IMG/VR virus record: IMGVR_UViG_3300024262_005408
Span: 1,912-65,911 of that record
Reading direction: 5' to 3' (one strand)
DNA from: a virus
Lineage: Duplodnaviria > Caudoviricetes
Length of the DNA stretch: 64,000 nucleotides
Shown one piece after another: positions 36,989-46,626 of the stretch. A model generated the notes under the pieces. That model saw nothing but the letters and a program-made list of their open reading frames with translations, did no database searches and was not told where the DNA came from. The translations under genes and the position numbers were made by a program. Positions within the stretch are counted from its first letter, which is position 1. The number at the start of each line of letters is the position of its first letter.

Positions 36989-37558
36989 ATGATTAATTTT
37001 AAAGAATTTTATATAGAAGAAGCTTTAGGAGAGTATTTCCCTACTGTAAAAAAAGCAGGTCGTATGTTAAAATCATTACCAAGAAATATTGCAAAAGGTG
37101 TGCGCAGTATGTCACCAGAGTATCAAAAACAGTTTACCCCTGGAACTGCCGGTTTTGATAAAGGCGCTGATATTTTGTCGGGTAAGACGATGGGTGAAAT
37201 ACAAGCGAAAATTTTAGCATGGCGTACTAAAAATATCACATCTAAAGACGGTACCCCCGCAGCAAGAAGAGCAGAAGAAGAATTAGCAAGTATAGCAGCT
37301 CCACCTGGTGGGACAGGAGCTGCCAAAGCCATTGAGTTTAGGCCTGACGGTAAATTTACTGATTCGGGGTATACACCACCAGGTCACTCGAGCCCTAAAG
37401 CATTTGATCATATAGGCCACTATGCCAATACAGTGCTTGATTCTATGCTTATATATGCGCAAAAAGGTTACCCTTTAAAAGATATAGTAAGATTTCTGAG
37501 ATTTGACAAAGTAGCTTTAGACCTTTTAAAAAAGCACGGTTACTTATACACTGGATAA
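36989..37558 (+). CDS. Hypothetical protein with a near-canonical T4 capsid-targeting sequence
   Basis: Start reassigned to MINFKEFYIEE (compare the T4 internal-protein leader MKTYQEFIAE). Confidence 0.6.
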   Translation: MINFKEFYIEEALGEYFPTVKKAGRMLKSLPRNIAKGVRSMSPEYQKQFTPGTAGFDKGADILSGKTMGEIQAKILAWRTKNITSKDGTPAARRAEEELASIAAPPGGTGAAKAIEFRPDGKFTDSGYTPPGHSSPKAFDHIGHYANTVLDSMLIYAQKGYPLKDIVRFLRFDKVALDLLKKHGYLYTG

Positions 37559-37585
37559 AAAAAGTTAATATTTTATATTAATTAA

Positions 37586-37930
37586 ATGGACAAACAAAGC
37601 GAAGAAAATACCGTCTTCGATACAGGTGCTCAAAGAGATGATAGAAAGGGTAAATTGCGCTTCTCTCTTGTTCCTCACAAACCTTTAGAACGGTTAATGA
37701 AAAGATACTTAGAAGGTGCTGAAACATACGGAGAGAACAATTGGAAGAAGGGTATGCACTATTCAATATATTATGACAGTGCAATGAGACACCTTACAAG
37801 TTTTTGGCAAGGTAAAAAGAGCGAAGATCATTTAGCTGCTGCAGCATGGAATATATTTGCGCTTATGCATCATGAAGATATAAAAATAGATGCTTTAGCT
37901 CTGGATGATAGAGACAATAACCCTAATTAA
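37586..37930 (+). CDS. DUF5664-like dATP/dGTP diphosphohydrolase
   Basis: FDTGAQRD, GKLRFSLVP, GAETYGENNWKKG, SAMRHL, EDHLAAAAWN. Confidence 0.85.
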   Translation: MDKQSEENTVFDTGAQRDDRKGKLRFSLVPHKPLERLMKRYLEGAETYGENNWKKGMHYSIYYDSAMRHLTSFWQGKKSEDHLAAAAWNIFALMHHEDIKIDALALDDRDNNPN

Positions 37931-37934
37931 TAAT

Positions 37935-38687
37935 ATGCGTATAGCAGTATCAGGAACAGCCTGTCAAGGGAAGACCACTTTAGTAAAGGATTTTATAAAG
38001 GAGTGGCCCATGTATTCTACACCAGAAAAAACATACAGAGATTTTATTATTGAAAACGACTTACCTCATAGCGATAATACAAATAAGGATGCACAGTGGT
38101 CTATTCTAAATCATACCATCGATACAATAATGGAATCAGAAAAAGGAGATAAAGTTATTTATGATAGGTGTCCTTTAGATAATTTAGTATACTCGTTATG
38201 GGCTCATGAAAAAGGTATAAATGATATAGATACAAAATTTATTAATAAATGTATCCCTGTTGTACGCGAAAGTTTGAAATTTTTAGATGTAATATTTTTT
38301 ACCCCTATTACAAAAGTAGGGCCTGTTGAATTAGTAGGTGATGGTACAAGATCAATTAATAAAGAACACATAGAAGAAATAGATAATCTTTTTAAAGGAA
38401 TGGAACAACAATATTTTCAAAATCTTAAAGGTTCTCCATTCTTACCTTATGATGAATGCCCGGCAATTGTAGAAATATTTGGTAATCAAAAAGAACGCAT
38501 TCATTTAATAAGACAATATTTAGATGCTGAAGGTGACTTATTAGGTGATAATGAATCTGAAATTTTAGACCCTAATGAAATTATGGATATGGAATCAATA
38601 ATCAGAGATCAGCAAATAGAAATTGCACACGAAAAACAAAAGGCTGATGTATTGTATCAACATATTCAGAATACAAAAAATAATTAA
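37935..38687 (+). CDS. P-loop kinase (AAA_28/NadR/dNMP-kinase-like)
   Basis: MRIAVSGTACQGKTTL, YDRCPLDNLVY; start reassigned to 37935. Confidence 0.75.
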   Translation: MRIAVSGTACQGKTTLVKDFIKEWPMYSTPEKTYRDFIIENDLPHSDNTNKDAQWSILNHTIDTIMESEKGDKVIYDRCPLDNLVYSLWAHEKGINDIDTKFINKCIPVVRESLKFLDVIFFTPITKVGPVELVGDGTRSINKEHIEEIDNLFKGMEQQYFQNLKGSPFLPYDECPAIVEIFGNQKERIHLIRQYLDAEGDLLGDNESEILDPNEIMDMESIIRDQQIEIAHEKQKADVLYQHIQNTKNN

Positions 38688-39784
38688 CTCGGTGAACCAT
38701 ACACGTTGAGCCACGTTTGTGCGCTTTCCCAAAGTACGCCGGTGTTGTCACCGCTCGCTCCCCAAGTTCTGTCGTATTTCCATTGGGATGGTACACCACC
38801 TGGATCCCCGGCAATTAACGGTACGAAAGAGTCGAATCTTTCATTTAGTACATCTGTAATTATAACAGGATCGACGTCAAAGGATCTATCAGTGTCTCCC
38901 GCTGCTGAACCTAAAGCAGAAAATTGACCTAACTTTCTGACTTTGGTTAACGCCCCTCCGGGAGTGTTGGACGACCGGTAGGTATTACCAAAATCTGCTT
39001 GTGGTATTATAGTAAAGGTTATTGTTTGTCCTTTCCCTTGTGTTCCATCAATAATTGCATAACTACCACCGGCAATAATTTGACTTGCTCTCCCGTCACC
39101 ATATTGAATAAGGAGTCTCGATTGGTTTATCGTTCCGTCACCCTCACCACCGTTGAAATTTACATCCCAGGTAATTCCTATGTAACTGTAATTCTGTCCC
39201 CCTGTACTTACACTCACTAGTGGCACCACGTCAAGGAAGGTTGTACTCCCACTCTGTGTCCCGCCCTGGTATGTAGCGGTTTTGGTATCGATATTTTTAT
39301 AAACCCCTGTATTGCCGGTAAATTGAGGAACATTATCTAATATTATTAATGAATCTCCCTCTAGCCCCGGCGAAAGTGCTTGCCAAGAGTCTGAACCACC
39401 CACATAAGAAATTAAACTACCTGCTTGTACGCTTTGTGATCCAACCGGTAGCCAAGTGGTAGCACTTAGTGTTTGTACTTGTGAATTTGTGCTTGTCCAT
39501 CCCGCGCTCTGCTCATGTACAAGAGTACCAACCCCACCCAAAGTAGATAGGGTATTCATTTGTGAATTAACAGCACTAAAAGCATTTGTCAAGCTTACAA
39601 CCTGAGTTGATAAAGATTCAATTGTTGTATAAAAGTCTACATTGTCGGGAGTTAATATTAAATTTTGAAAATCTAATTTATATATTACACCGTTAGAAAC
39701 AGTGAAAAGATAGTCCCCATTTACAATATCTTGTATCTCTGCTATGCTGTCTAGAGTAATAAAATTGGTATTGCCAATTGACAT
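38684..39784 (-). CDS. Virion structural or fibre-like protein
   Basis: S/T/G-rich beta content, short coiled coil, higher GC; TAAATA 6 nt before ATG. Confidence 0.5.
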   Translation of the reverse strand: MSIGNTNFITLDSIAEIQDIVNGDYLFTVSNGVIYKLDFQNLILTPDNVDFYTTIESLSTQVVSLTNAFSAVNSQMNTLSTLGGVGTLVHEQSAGWTSTNSQVQTLSATTWLPVGSQSVQAGSLISYVGGSDSWQALSPGLEGDSLIILDNVPQFTGNTGVYKNIDTKTATYQGGTQSGSTTFLDVVPLVSVSTGGQNYSYIGITWDVNFNGGEGDGTINQSRLLIQYGDGRASQIIAGGSYAIIDGTQGKGQTITFTIIPQADFGNTYRSSNTPGGALTKVRKLGQFSALGSAAGDTDRSFDVDPVIITDVLNERFDSFVPLIAGDPGGVPSQWKYDRTWGASGDNTGVLWESAQTWLNVYGSPS

Positions 39785-39816
39785 TTTAATTATTTATGCT
39801 AAAATACTTATGTACC

Positions 39817-40845
39817 ATGACAATTTCAAAGTCACCTCAACAAAAATATATAAACGGTCAAGGACAACTAGTTGGTATTAATGCTGAAAGACCTGCTGCG
39901 ATCCGGGCTCGCTCTGCATATTGGGACAAGTGGGCAAAATTCCCTAATTGGAAACCACCACCTCTTAAGGATACCATAGGTTTAGGTATTGTTACTTGTA
40001 ATCGAGAAGGGTTTTTAAAAAAGGTATTAGATTCTATACCTAGACATAAAATTGATTATATCGTTATTATTAACGACGGTGATAGTGCAGATTTTAAAGA
40101 TAAATCAGATCATGGTCCGAGAAGATTTGTATATAGTAAAGATGGTCTTTGTGGTAATTATTTTTATACTGGTGGTAATAAGGGTGTTGGTTTTGCTAAG
40201 AACTGGGCATTTAAAGAAATGCTTAAAACAGGTCATTCTCAAGAATTGCAGTGTTGGCCCGGTGATCCACAAGGTATAGATCATATGTTTATAATGGAAG
40301 ATGACATTATAATCAAAGATGAAAATGTTTTTGAAAAGTATATTGAAGTAAGTAAGAAAACAGGATTAAAACATATGATGTACGGTTACCATGGCCCGGC
40401 AAATAAAGCGGGTCTGAAATCTAATGGTTTACCAACACCAAGAAAGATAGTGGATTATGGTGATGGTACTTCTATTGCGTTAAACCGTCATTGTGTGGGT
40501 GCTTTTACTTATTATAATAAAAGTGTAATTGAAGATATAGGTATTAATGATGATCATTACGTTAATGCATGGGAACATGTTGATCATTCATATAAAATTG
40601 TAAAGAAAGGCTATTTGCCGGCTTATTGGTGGTGGCCTGATATTGCTAATTCATATGATTATATTGATGAATTAGCTTGTAGTGAAGTTAACTCGGTTAT
40701 TAGACCTAGAAAAAATTGGAAAGAAAATATTACCCGAGGTGCAAAATATTTTCATAGTAAACACGGTTATTTCCCTAATCAAGTACCTGATACAAATGTA
40801 AACGAGGTAATGAATAAATTAAAATCAATCAAAAAGAATGCATGA
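39817..40845 (+). CDS. GT2-family glycosyltransferase
   Basis: GIVTCNR, IINDG, GVGFAKN, IMEDDI, EHVDH; likely start MTISK. Confidence 0.85.
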   Translation: MTISKSPQQKYINGQGQLVGINAERPAAIRARSAYWDKWAKFPNWKPPPLKDTIGLGIVTCNREGFLKKVLDSIPRHKIDYIVIINDGDSADFKDKSDHGPRRFVYSKDGLCGNYFYTGGNKGVGFAKNWAFKEMLKTGHSQELQCWPGDPQGIDHMFIMEDDIIIKDENVFEKYIEVSKKTGLKHMMYGYHGPANKAGLKSNGLPTPRKIVDYGDGTSIALNRHCVGAFTYYNKSVIEDIGINDDHYVNAWEHVDHSYKIVKKGYLPAYWWWPDIANSYDYIDELACSEVNSVIRPRKNWKENITRGAKYFHSKHGYFPNQVPDTNVNEVMNKLKSIKKNA

Positions 40846-41695
40846 TTTAAAAGGTATAACATTTTTAACTTTCGTTAGATTAGATAACGAAGAACGAAAG
40901 GTCAATTTAAAAACTATGCATAGTTTTTATAGAAATAGATGTGAAAACTATCAGCATATTTTTATTGAGGACGATAAAGAACCAAAAGTTACAAATACGC
41001 TTAATTTAGGAAAAGAAGATGTAGTTGTTTTTTCAAAAAGCGATACTGAATGGAGAAAAGGTGAAGGGTTCAATAAAGGAATCAAATTAGCAAAAACTAA
41101 TATTTTAAACTTTATAGATACAGATATTATCATTGATCCCAATCAATTGTTAGAAACAGCTAAGCTTTTGGAAAAGGATGATCACGCCGGGTTTGTATAT
41201 CCTTATAATGGTTTATTTTTATGTGCTGAAAAGCCTTTAAAAGATAAATTTTGCAAAACACTAAATTATGAAGAATTATTAGTAGTGCCCGATGTTGTAA
41301 AAGAGTTCGAGGGTTCTTCTGGTAATAATTTGAGTTATGATGAAACCCTTGTTAATACAGTACATAATGGTGTATTAATTGGTCATACTGTAAGTAAAGG
41401 TGGTTGTGTTATGGGACGAAAAGATAATTTAGTTAAGTGTAACGGTTATAATCCTCATTTCTTAGGGTGGGGGTATGAAGACGATGAAGCCCCTCTTCGT
41501 GTATCAAAATTAGGTTTTAATGTAGGTAGGGTTTTTGGTAAAGGAAAAGTATGTTGGCATTTACATCATTTTGACGGAACCGGATCTGAAAAAGAAAAAC
41601 AACCGTTTTATAAAGAAAATGAAAATATAATGTGTTTTGTTTCAGGTTGTAGCTCTTATAAATTAAAAGAATATGTTAAAACATGGGTGATGTAA
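40838..41695 (+). CDS. GT2/GT7C-like glycosyltransferase
   Basis: FNKGI, FIDTDI, GGC, GYNPHFLGWGYEDDE, WHLHH. Confidence 0.85.
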   Translation: MHDLKGITFLTFVRLDNEERKVNLKTMHSFYRNRCENYQHIFIEDDKEPKVTNTLNLGKEDVVVFSKSDTEWRKGEGFNKGIKLAKTNILNFIDTDIIIDPNQLLETAKLLEKDDHAGFVYPYNGLFLCAEKPLKDKFCKTLNYEELLVVPDVVKEFEGSSGNNLSYDETLVNTVHNGVLIGHTVSKGGCVMGRKDNLVKCNGYNPHFLGWGYEDDEAPLRVSKLGFNVGRVFGKGKVCWHLHHFDGTGSEKEKQPFYKENENIMCFVSGCSSYKLKEYVKTWVM

Positions 41696-42573
41696 AAATA
41701 GCAGTATTAACAGGTGCAGATGAAAAGCAAAAAAATCTTCTAGATATATCTCTACCGATATTAAAACAATATTGTCTTTATCGTGATTATGATTTGCATT
41801 ACTTTACAGAAAATGTGGGTGGGGTAGCCCAAGTAGACGGTAAATCATATTTTGCAAGGTACCCGTTCATAAAGAAACATTTACCCAATTATGATTGGGT
41901 ATTTTGGATTGATGCAGATTGTTTGGTAATGAATTTTTATAAAAAGTTAGAAGATTATATTGACAACAAATATGGAATAATATTAGATCTACAATTAGGA
42001 GAAAAATATCCTATTTGTGCTTCAGGGCATGGTTTTTGGAAAAACGACGAAAATACATTTTACATTATCGATAATGTTATTGCATCTGCTGATAAAAGCA
42101 TCCCCGGTATAGCTGATAATGAAATTTTAAATTATTTTTTTAATAAACTCCACAAAGACCAAAAAGTTGAATTTGAAAAAAGTGTAAAGTTATTAGGACC
42201 GGGAAAAGATAGAATAGGTCATTATGATAAAGAAATTGTTGAGTGTCAAATACATCAAATGTTAGGTTTACCGTTAGGAGAATTTCATAATCATGAAAAT
42301 ATCGATAATATAGATATTTCGTTTGAAGATATCTATACACCCGGAAGGGATTTCCTTTATCATCGCTCCGGTGTTAATAAATTGGAAAAACGAACTGAAA
42401 GTGCTCTTAACTTTTTTCAAGCTACATGTACACAACCAAGAATGTTTGCCACAAAAGAAAGTGATTTAAAATATCACGCGGATAGACTTGTAAGACCAAA
42501 AATTGTTCCTAAATCATTAAGAGATAAAATTAATGCTGATGAGTGGGTATATACAGCACTGAACCCAGAATAA
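41683..42573 (+). CDS. GT34-like glycosyltransferase
   Basis: KQYCLYRDYD, YDWVFWIDADCLVMN, DFLYH. Confidence 0.75.
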   Translation: MGDVKIAVLTGADEKQKNLLDISLPILKQYCLYRDYDLHYFTENVGGVAQVDGKSYFARYPFIKKHLPNYDWVFWIDADCLVMNFYKKLEDYIDNKYGIILDLQLGEKYPICASGHGFWKNDENTFYIIDNVIASADKSIPGIADNEILNYFFNKLHKDQKVEFEKSVKLLGPGKDRIGHYDKEIVECQIHQMLGLPLGEFHNHENIDNIDISFEDIYTPGRDFLYHRSGVNKLEKRTESALNFFQATCTQPRMFATKESDLKYHADRLVRPKIVPKSLRDKINADEWVYTALNPE

Positions 42574-43604
42574 TGGAAGATTTAAAAGATATAGATATAA
42601 TCGTTGCTACTAGAATAGATAATCATGAAAGAGCAATGAATGCTTTTCTTATGTATAAATTTTTTAAAGATCATACTATTAATAGTAAGTTTATTTTTGT
42701 TGAAGACTCTACATCACCTATTCTTCAACGTTGTATACCAATACAAGAAAATGACAAAATATATTTTGAACAAAATGGTCGAAGCCATCACAAAACCGGT
42801 GTCGCGAAGGTAAATTTCCGTTATGAAAAAGCTTTTTCACCAAATAGAGTCTATTTTGATCAATATGGTCATGTCGAAGATCCGAAGTCATCGAGCCAAG
42901 CCGGGATTATTACCGGGGAAGAGTTTTTTAGAAAAAGCAGATCATACAATATAGGTATAGAAAAAAGTGATAGAAAATATTTGTTATTTTTAGATTTAGA
43001 TTGTGTGGTAAACCCTAAACAAATTACAGACATTTTAGATAAAATTAAAAAGAACAGAGGGTTTGGTATATGCTATAATGGTCAACCAGCTTATTTAAAT
43101 TATGAAGCAAAGCAAAAATATGCAGCCGCTCCTTTATTATCTACGTTAGAAGCATTTTTCCCCGATTTTAAATTATTAGAAGTCGCTTTAGATAATAAAA
43201 AAAGAGGTTTCCCGGTTGGGTACGATTCTTTAAAGTATAAACACTGTAAAATTTTGGGTGTTAACGCAGCCGGTGGTTGTCTATTAGGTATGAAAAAAGA
43301 CTTTATTACAATAGGAGGGTTTAATGAAAATTTTGAGGGGTGGGGATACGAAGATACGGAAATTATAAGTCGTATTAGAATTTTATACGGAAAATCGCCT
43401 TCTTTTAATTGGGAAAAAAATCATGAACCTTTCTACAGGTGTAAAAATGAAAAAGACTTTTTATTTCATTTTCCTCATACTAAAGAGACGGTAACTTCAC
43501 AACAAGTTGTTTTAAAAGGTAATAAAAGAGAATCTGATAAAGTAGAGGGTATGAGCACAACAGAACTTACAAAATATACTAAATCTTGGCCATGGTTAAA
43601 GTAA
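42573..43604 (+). CDS. GT2/GT7C-like glycosyltransferase; paralog of 40838..41695
   Basis: YNIGI, FLDLDC, AAGGC, GGFNENFEGWGYEDTE, FHFPH; start reassigned to MEDLKD. Confidence 0.85.
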   Translation: MEDLKDIDIIVATRIDNHERAMNAFLMYKFFKDHTINSKFIFVEDSTSPILQRCIPIQENDKIYFEQNGRSHHKTGVAKVNFRYEKAFSPNRVYFDQYGHVEDPKSSSQAGIITGEEFFRKSRSYNIGIEKSDRKYLLFLDLDCVVNPKQITDILDKIKKNRGFGICYNGQPAYLNYEAKQKYAAAPLLSTLEAFFPDFKLLEVALDNKKRGFPVGYDSLKYKHCKILGVNAAGGCLLGMKKDFITIGGFNENFEGWGYEDTEIISRIRILYGKSPSFNWEKNHEPFYRCKNEKDFLFHFPHTKETVTSQQVVLKGNKRESDKVEGMSTTELTKYTKSWPWLK

Positions 43605-44434
43605 ACATAAGAGACAATAATTTTACTCCTTGGGACACATCATCGTGTCATCTAGCTGAAAACAAACACATTGAATGGGTTACAGATAATGAACCCGTAA
43701 GCACCAGTTGCTTTATTACTGATTTAAAATTAGCTGACGTGCATAAAGCTTCAGGTGTTAAACGGAAGGTTGCTTGGTTACTAGAACCAAGGAGCATTAA
43801 CCCTGGCATGTATAGCTGGATCGAACAAAACAATAAACTTTATGATTTCGTTTTGACTTTTGATCAAAAATTAATTGATAAGGGTCAAAATTATCTTTAT
43901 TACCCTCACGGTAGGTGTTGGATACATAACTACGAAGGGATAGAAAACAAACATAAGTTTTGTAGTATTTTTGCATCAGATAAAGCTATGACATTAGGTC
44001 ACCGGTTTAGGCATATGATTGTTGATAGATACAAAACGTCTGGTAAAATGGACTGTTATGGTAAATACGCAGAGAATGTTTTAGAAAATAAAGAAGACGG
44101 ACTTAACCCGTATTATTTTTCAGTTACAATTGAGAATGCAATTGTTAAAGGGTATTGGACAGAAAAATTATTAGATGCTTTTGCAACAAAAGCAATACCC
44201 ATTTACTATGGTGACAAATTTTCGGTAAATAAGTTTTTTAATGAAGATGGTATTCTATACTTCAATACTATTGAAGAGCTTGGCGACATAATGGAAAAAA
44301 TCCAGGGTGATGATAATGGGGCTTATTTTTATAATGAAAGATTGTCTGCGATAGAAGAAAATTTTAATAAGGTTGAAGAATTTAGAGTACCGGAAGATTG
44401 GATATATAATGAGTATCCGTTTTTATTTGAATAA
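43586..44434 (+). CDS. GT10-like (alpha-1,3/4-fucosyltransferase-type) glycosyltransferase
   Basis: YYFSVTIENAIVKGYWTEKLLDAFATKAIPIYYG matches the GT10 donor-binding motif. Confidence 0.8.
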   Translation: MAMVKVNIRDNNFTPWDTSSCHLAENKHIEWVTDNEPVSTSCFITDLKLADVHKASGVKRKVAWLLEPRSINPGMYSWIEQNNKLYDFVLTFDQKLIDKGQNYLYYPHGRCWIHNYEGIENKHKFCSIFASDKAMTLGHRFRHMIVDRYKTSGKMDCYGKYAENVLENKEDGLNPYYFSVTIENAIVKGYWTEKLLDAFATKAIPIYYGDKFSVNKFFNEDGILYFNTIEELGDIMEKIQGDDNGAYFYNERLSAIEENFNKVEEFRVPEDWIYNEYPFLFE

Positions 44435-45225
44435 TGATTACAATACAGATTAAAGGTGGAATAGGAAATCAGTTGTATCAAGTTACAGCTGTTTATGCAC
44501 ATGCAAAAAAACATGATTTAAAATTTGTGTTAAACTATAATTTAGACTTTGGTGCATTACAAGGTCAACATCCAAAGACATATAGACACTCTTTTTATAA
44601 AAACTTTGATACAACTGAAGAGTCTTTTAATATTGCTTGTCGTGAGCCTTCTTTTCTTCATAAACCTTTACCATTTTTAGGTATAGAGCACGATGTGGTT
44701 TATGAAGGGTATTATCAAAGTTGGAAATATTTTAATGATTTAGATCATGATGAATTAAACAAATTATACCATTTTGGGGATAATTTATCTAAAAAATGTG
44801 ATAAAGGATTAACTGCTCTGAAAAAAAAGCATAATGTAGATAAGATAGTAGGTGTGCATATAAGAAGAGGGGATTATTATAGAAACCCTGATATTTTTAA
44901 CATTGTTAAAAAAGATTATTATGATAAAGCAAAAGAACATTTTGACAAAGATACATTATATGTATATTGTACAGACGATATAAACCAAGTAAGAAAGGAG
45001 TTTAAGTTTGATGAAAAAAATGTATTAGCAAATGGGAGTTCCGAATTAGAAGATTTATATGTTTTATCACAGTGTGATTCTCTTATTATGGGTAATAGTT
45101 CTTTTTCTGCTTGGGGTGGATATTTAGGTAAGAAAAAAGAAAAGATTATTTGCCCTAAAAAGTGGTTTGAGTATAAAGGCCCACCAACAGATGATTTAGT
45201 GGACCCTAATTGGGTTCAGATCTAG
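44434..45225 (+). CDS. GT11 alpha-1,2-fucosyltransferase
   Basis: GGIGNQLYQ, GYYQSWKYF, VHIRRGDY, TDD, NSSFSAWG. Confidence 0.9.
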   Translation: MITIQIKGGIGNQLYQVTAVYAHAKKHDLKFVLNYNLDFGALQGQHPKTYRHSFYKNFDTTEESFNIACREPSFLHKPLPFLGIEHDVVYEGYYQSWKYFNDLDHDELNKLYHFGDNLSKKCDKGLTALKKKHNVDKIVGVHIRRGDYYRNPDIFNIVKKDYYDKAKEHFDKDTLYVYCTDDINQVRKEFKFDEKNVLANGSSELEDLYVLSQCDSLIMGNSSFSAWGGYLGKKKEKIICPKKWFEYKGPPTDDLVDPNWVQI

Positions 45226-45228
45226 ATA

Positions 45229-45990
45229 ATGGAAAAACAATACGGTTTAATTGAACAGACTTGCGGTATAGGTGATATTTTTTATATTCAAAAGATCGCA
45301 AAACTTTTAATTGAAACAGGAACAGTCAAAAAAATAATATGGCCAGTTAAAGACGTATATAATTATGTTAATGACTATATGGGTACAGATACTATTCAAT
45401 ATATTCCGTTATCTGAATTTGAAGACCCAACTGGTTTATTTGATAATGGTGTTAGACTAGATGCTGTCAGAGTAGAAAGCTTTAACGCTCACGGTCCTAC
45501 GCATTGGCTTTATTTACCTTTTACTCATTCAGATAAAAAATTTACTGGTTCTGTAATGAAAGCAAAATATAGGTTTGCTAATTTGGGTGGTGAATGGGAT
45601 GACTGGGACAAATATTTTGAGTTTAAAAGAGACCTAGATAAAGAAGATAAGCTCATGGATCATTTAGGTATAAAAGCAACTGATGATTACGTTGTTGTAA
45701 GTGGTGTGTATGGTACCCCTCCTGCAACTGCTTCTAGAAGAGTTAAGTATAATGGAGATAAAAAAATAATAAAATTAGAACATTTGGATGATTATTCTGT
45801 TTTTGATTGGTGTAAAGTTTTTGAAAACGCTGCTGAAATTCATATGGTTGAAACTTGTTTCATTTATCTTTTAGAAAAGTTAAGTTTAAAAGGAAAGGTT
45901 TTTAATTTGTACAGTAAATTTAACCCTGCTTGTTGGGGCCACATAGGGTATATTCCTAAAAGAGTTAAATGGAATTTTTGTAATTGGTAA
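45229..45990 (+). CDS. Glycosyltransferase-like protein; paralog of 1..730
   Basis: CGIGDIF, FDWCKVFENAAEIHMVET; lies inside the GT operon. Confidence 0.55.
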   Translation: MEKQYGLIEQTCGIGDIFYIQKIAKLLIETGTVKKIIWPVKDVYNYVNDYMGTDTIQYIPLSEFEDPTGLFDNGVRLDAVRVESFNAHGPTHWLYLPFTHSDKKFTGSVMKAKYRFANLGGEWDDWDKYFEFKRDLDKEDKLMDHLGIKATDDYVVVSGVYGTPPATASRRVKYNGDKKIIKLEHLDDYSVFDWCKVFENAAEIHMVETCFIYLLEKLSLKGKVFNLYSKFNPACWGHIGYIPKRVKWNFCNW

Positions 45991-46002
45991 TTAAGTTTTA
46001 TT

Positions 46003-46626
46003 ATGGGAGATATTTCTATTTTCGATTTAAAAGAAGCTCAAAAACATAACGAAACACCTTATTTTGTAGAAACCGGTACTCTATATGGGGATGGGGTAGA
46101 ATATGCAATAAAACAAGGGTTCGAAGAGATACATTCAATTGAAATTGAACCAACTCTTTATAATCAAGCAAAAGAAAAATTTAAGACTTTTCCTCAAGTT
46201 TTTATTCATGAAGGAAACTCTCATGAAGTGCTAAAAACTTTACTTCCAAAATTAAACGGCAATATTACTTTTTGGCTTGATGCTCACTTCCCCGGAGCTG
46301 ACGCACACTTGGTTCCTTACGATCAATGTTTGAATCTAGAACCAACTGTAAATTTACCCTTAGAAAAAGAAATAGAATTAATCGGTGAAAGAACAAATTT
46401 ATATAAGGATTTTTTAATAGTTGATGATTTATGGATTTATGAAGATATAAAAATTAATGGTATTGGATTTAACCAACATAACATAAATCACGGTCACAAC
46501 ATAACAAGAGAAGAATTAGTAAATGGAAAAAATTTAGATTTTTTGTATAATAGGTTTCGTGATACTCATGATTTTAAGAAAATATTCGTACATCAAGGGT
46601 ATGTTCTTGTAAGACCAAAAATATGA
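46003..46626 (+). CDS. Class I SAM-dependent methyltransferase-like protein
   Basis: FVETGT, HSIEI, EGNS, FWLDAH, IVDD. Confidence 0.75.
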   Translation: MGDISIFDLKEAQKHNETPYFVETGTLYGDGVEYAIKQGFEEIHSIEIEPTLYNQAKEKFKTFPQVFIHEGNSHEVLKTLLPKLNGNITFWLDAHFPGADAHLVPYDQCLNLEPTVNLPLEKEIELIGERTNLYKDFLIVDDLWIYEDIKINGIGFNQHNINHGHNITREELVNGKNLDFLYNRFRDTHDFKKIFVHQGYVLVRPKI

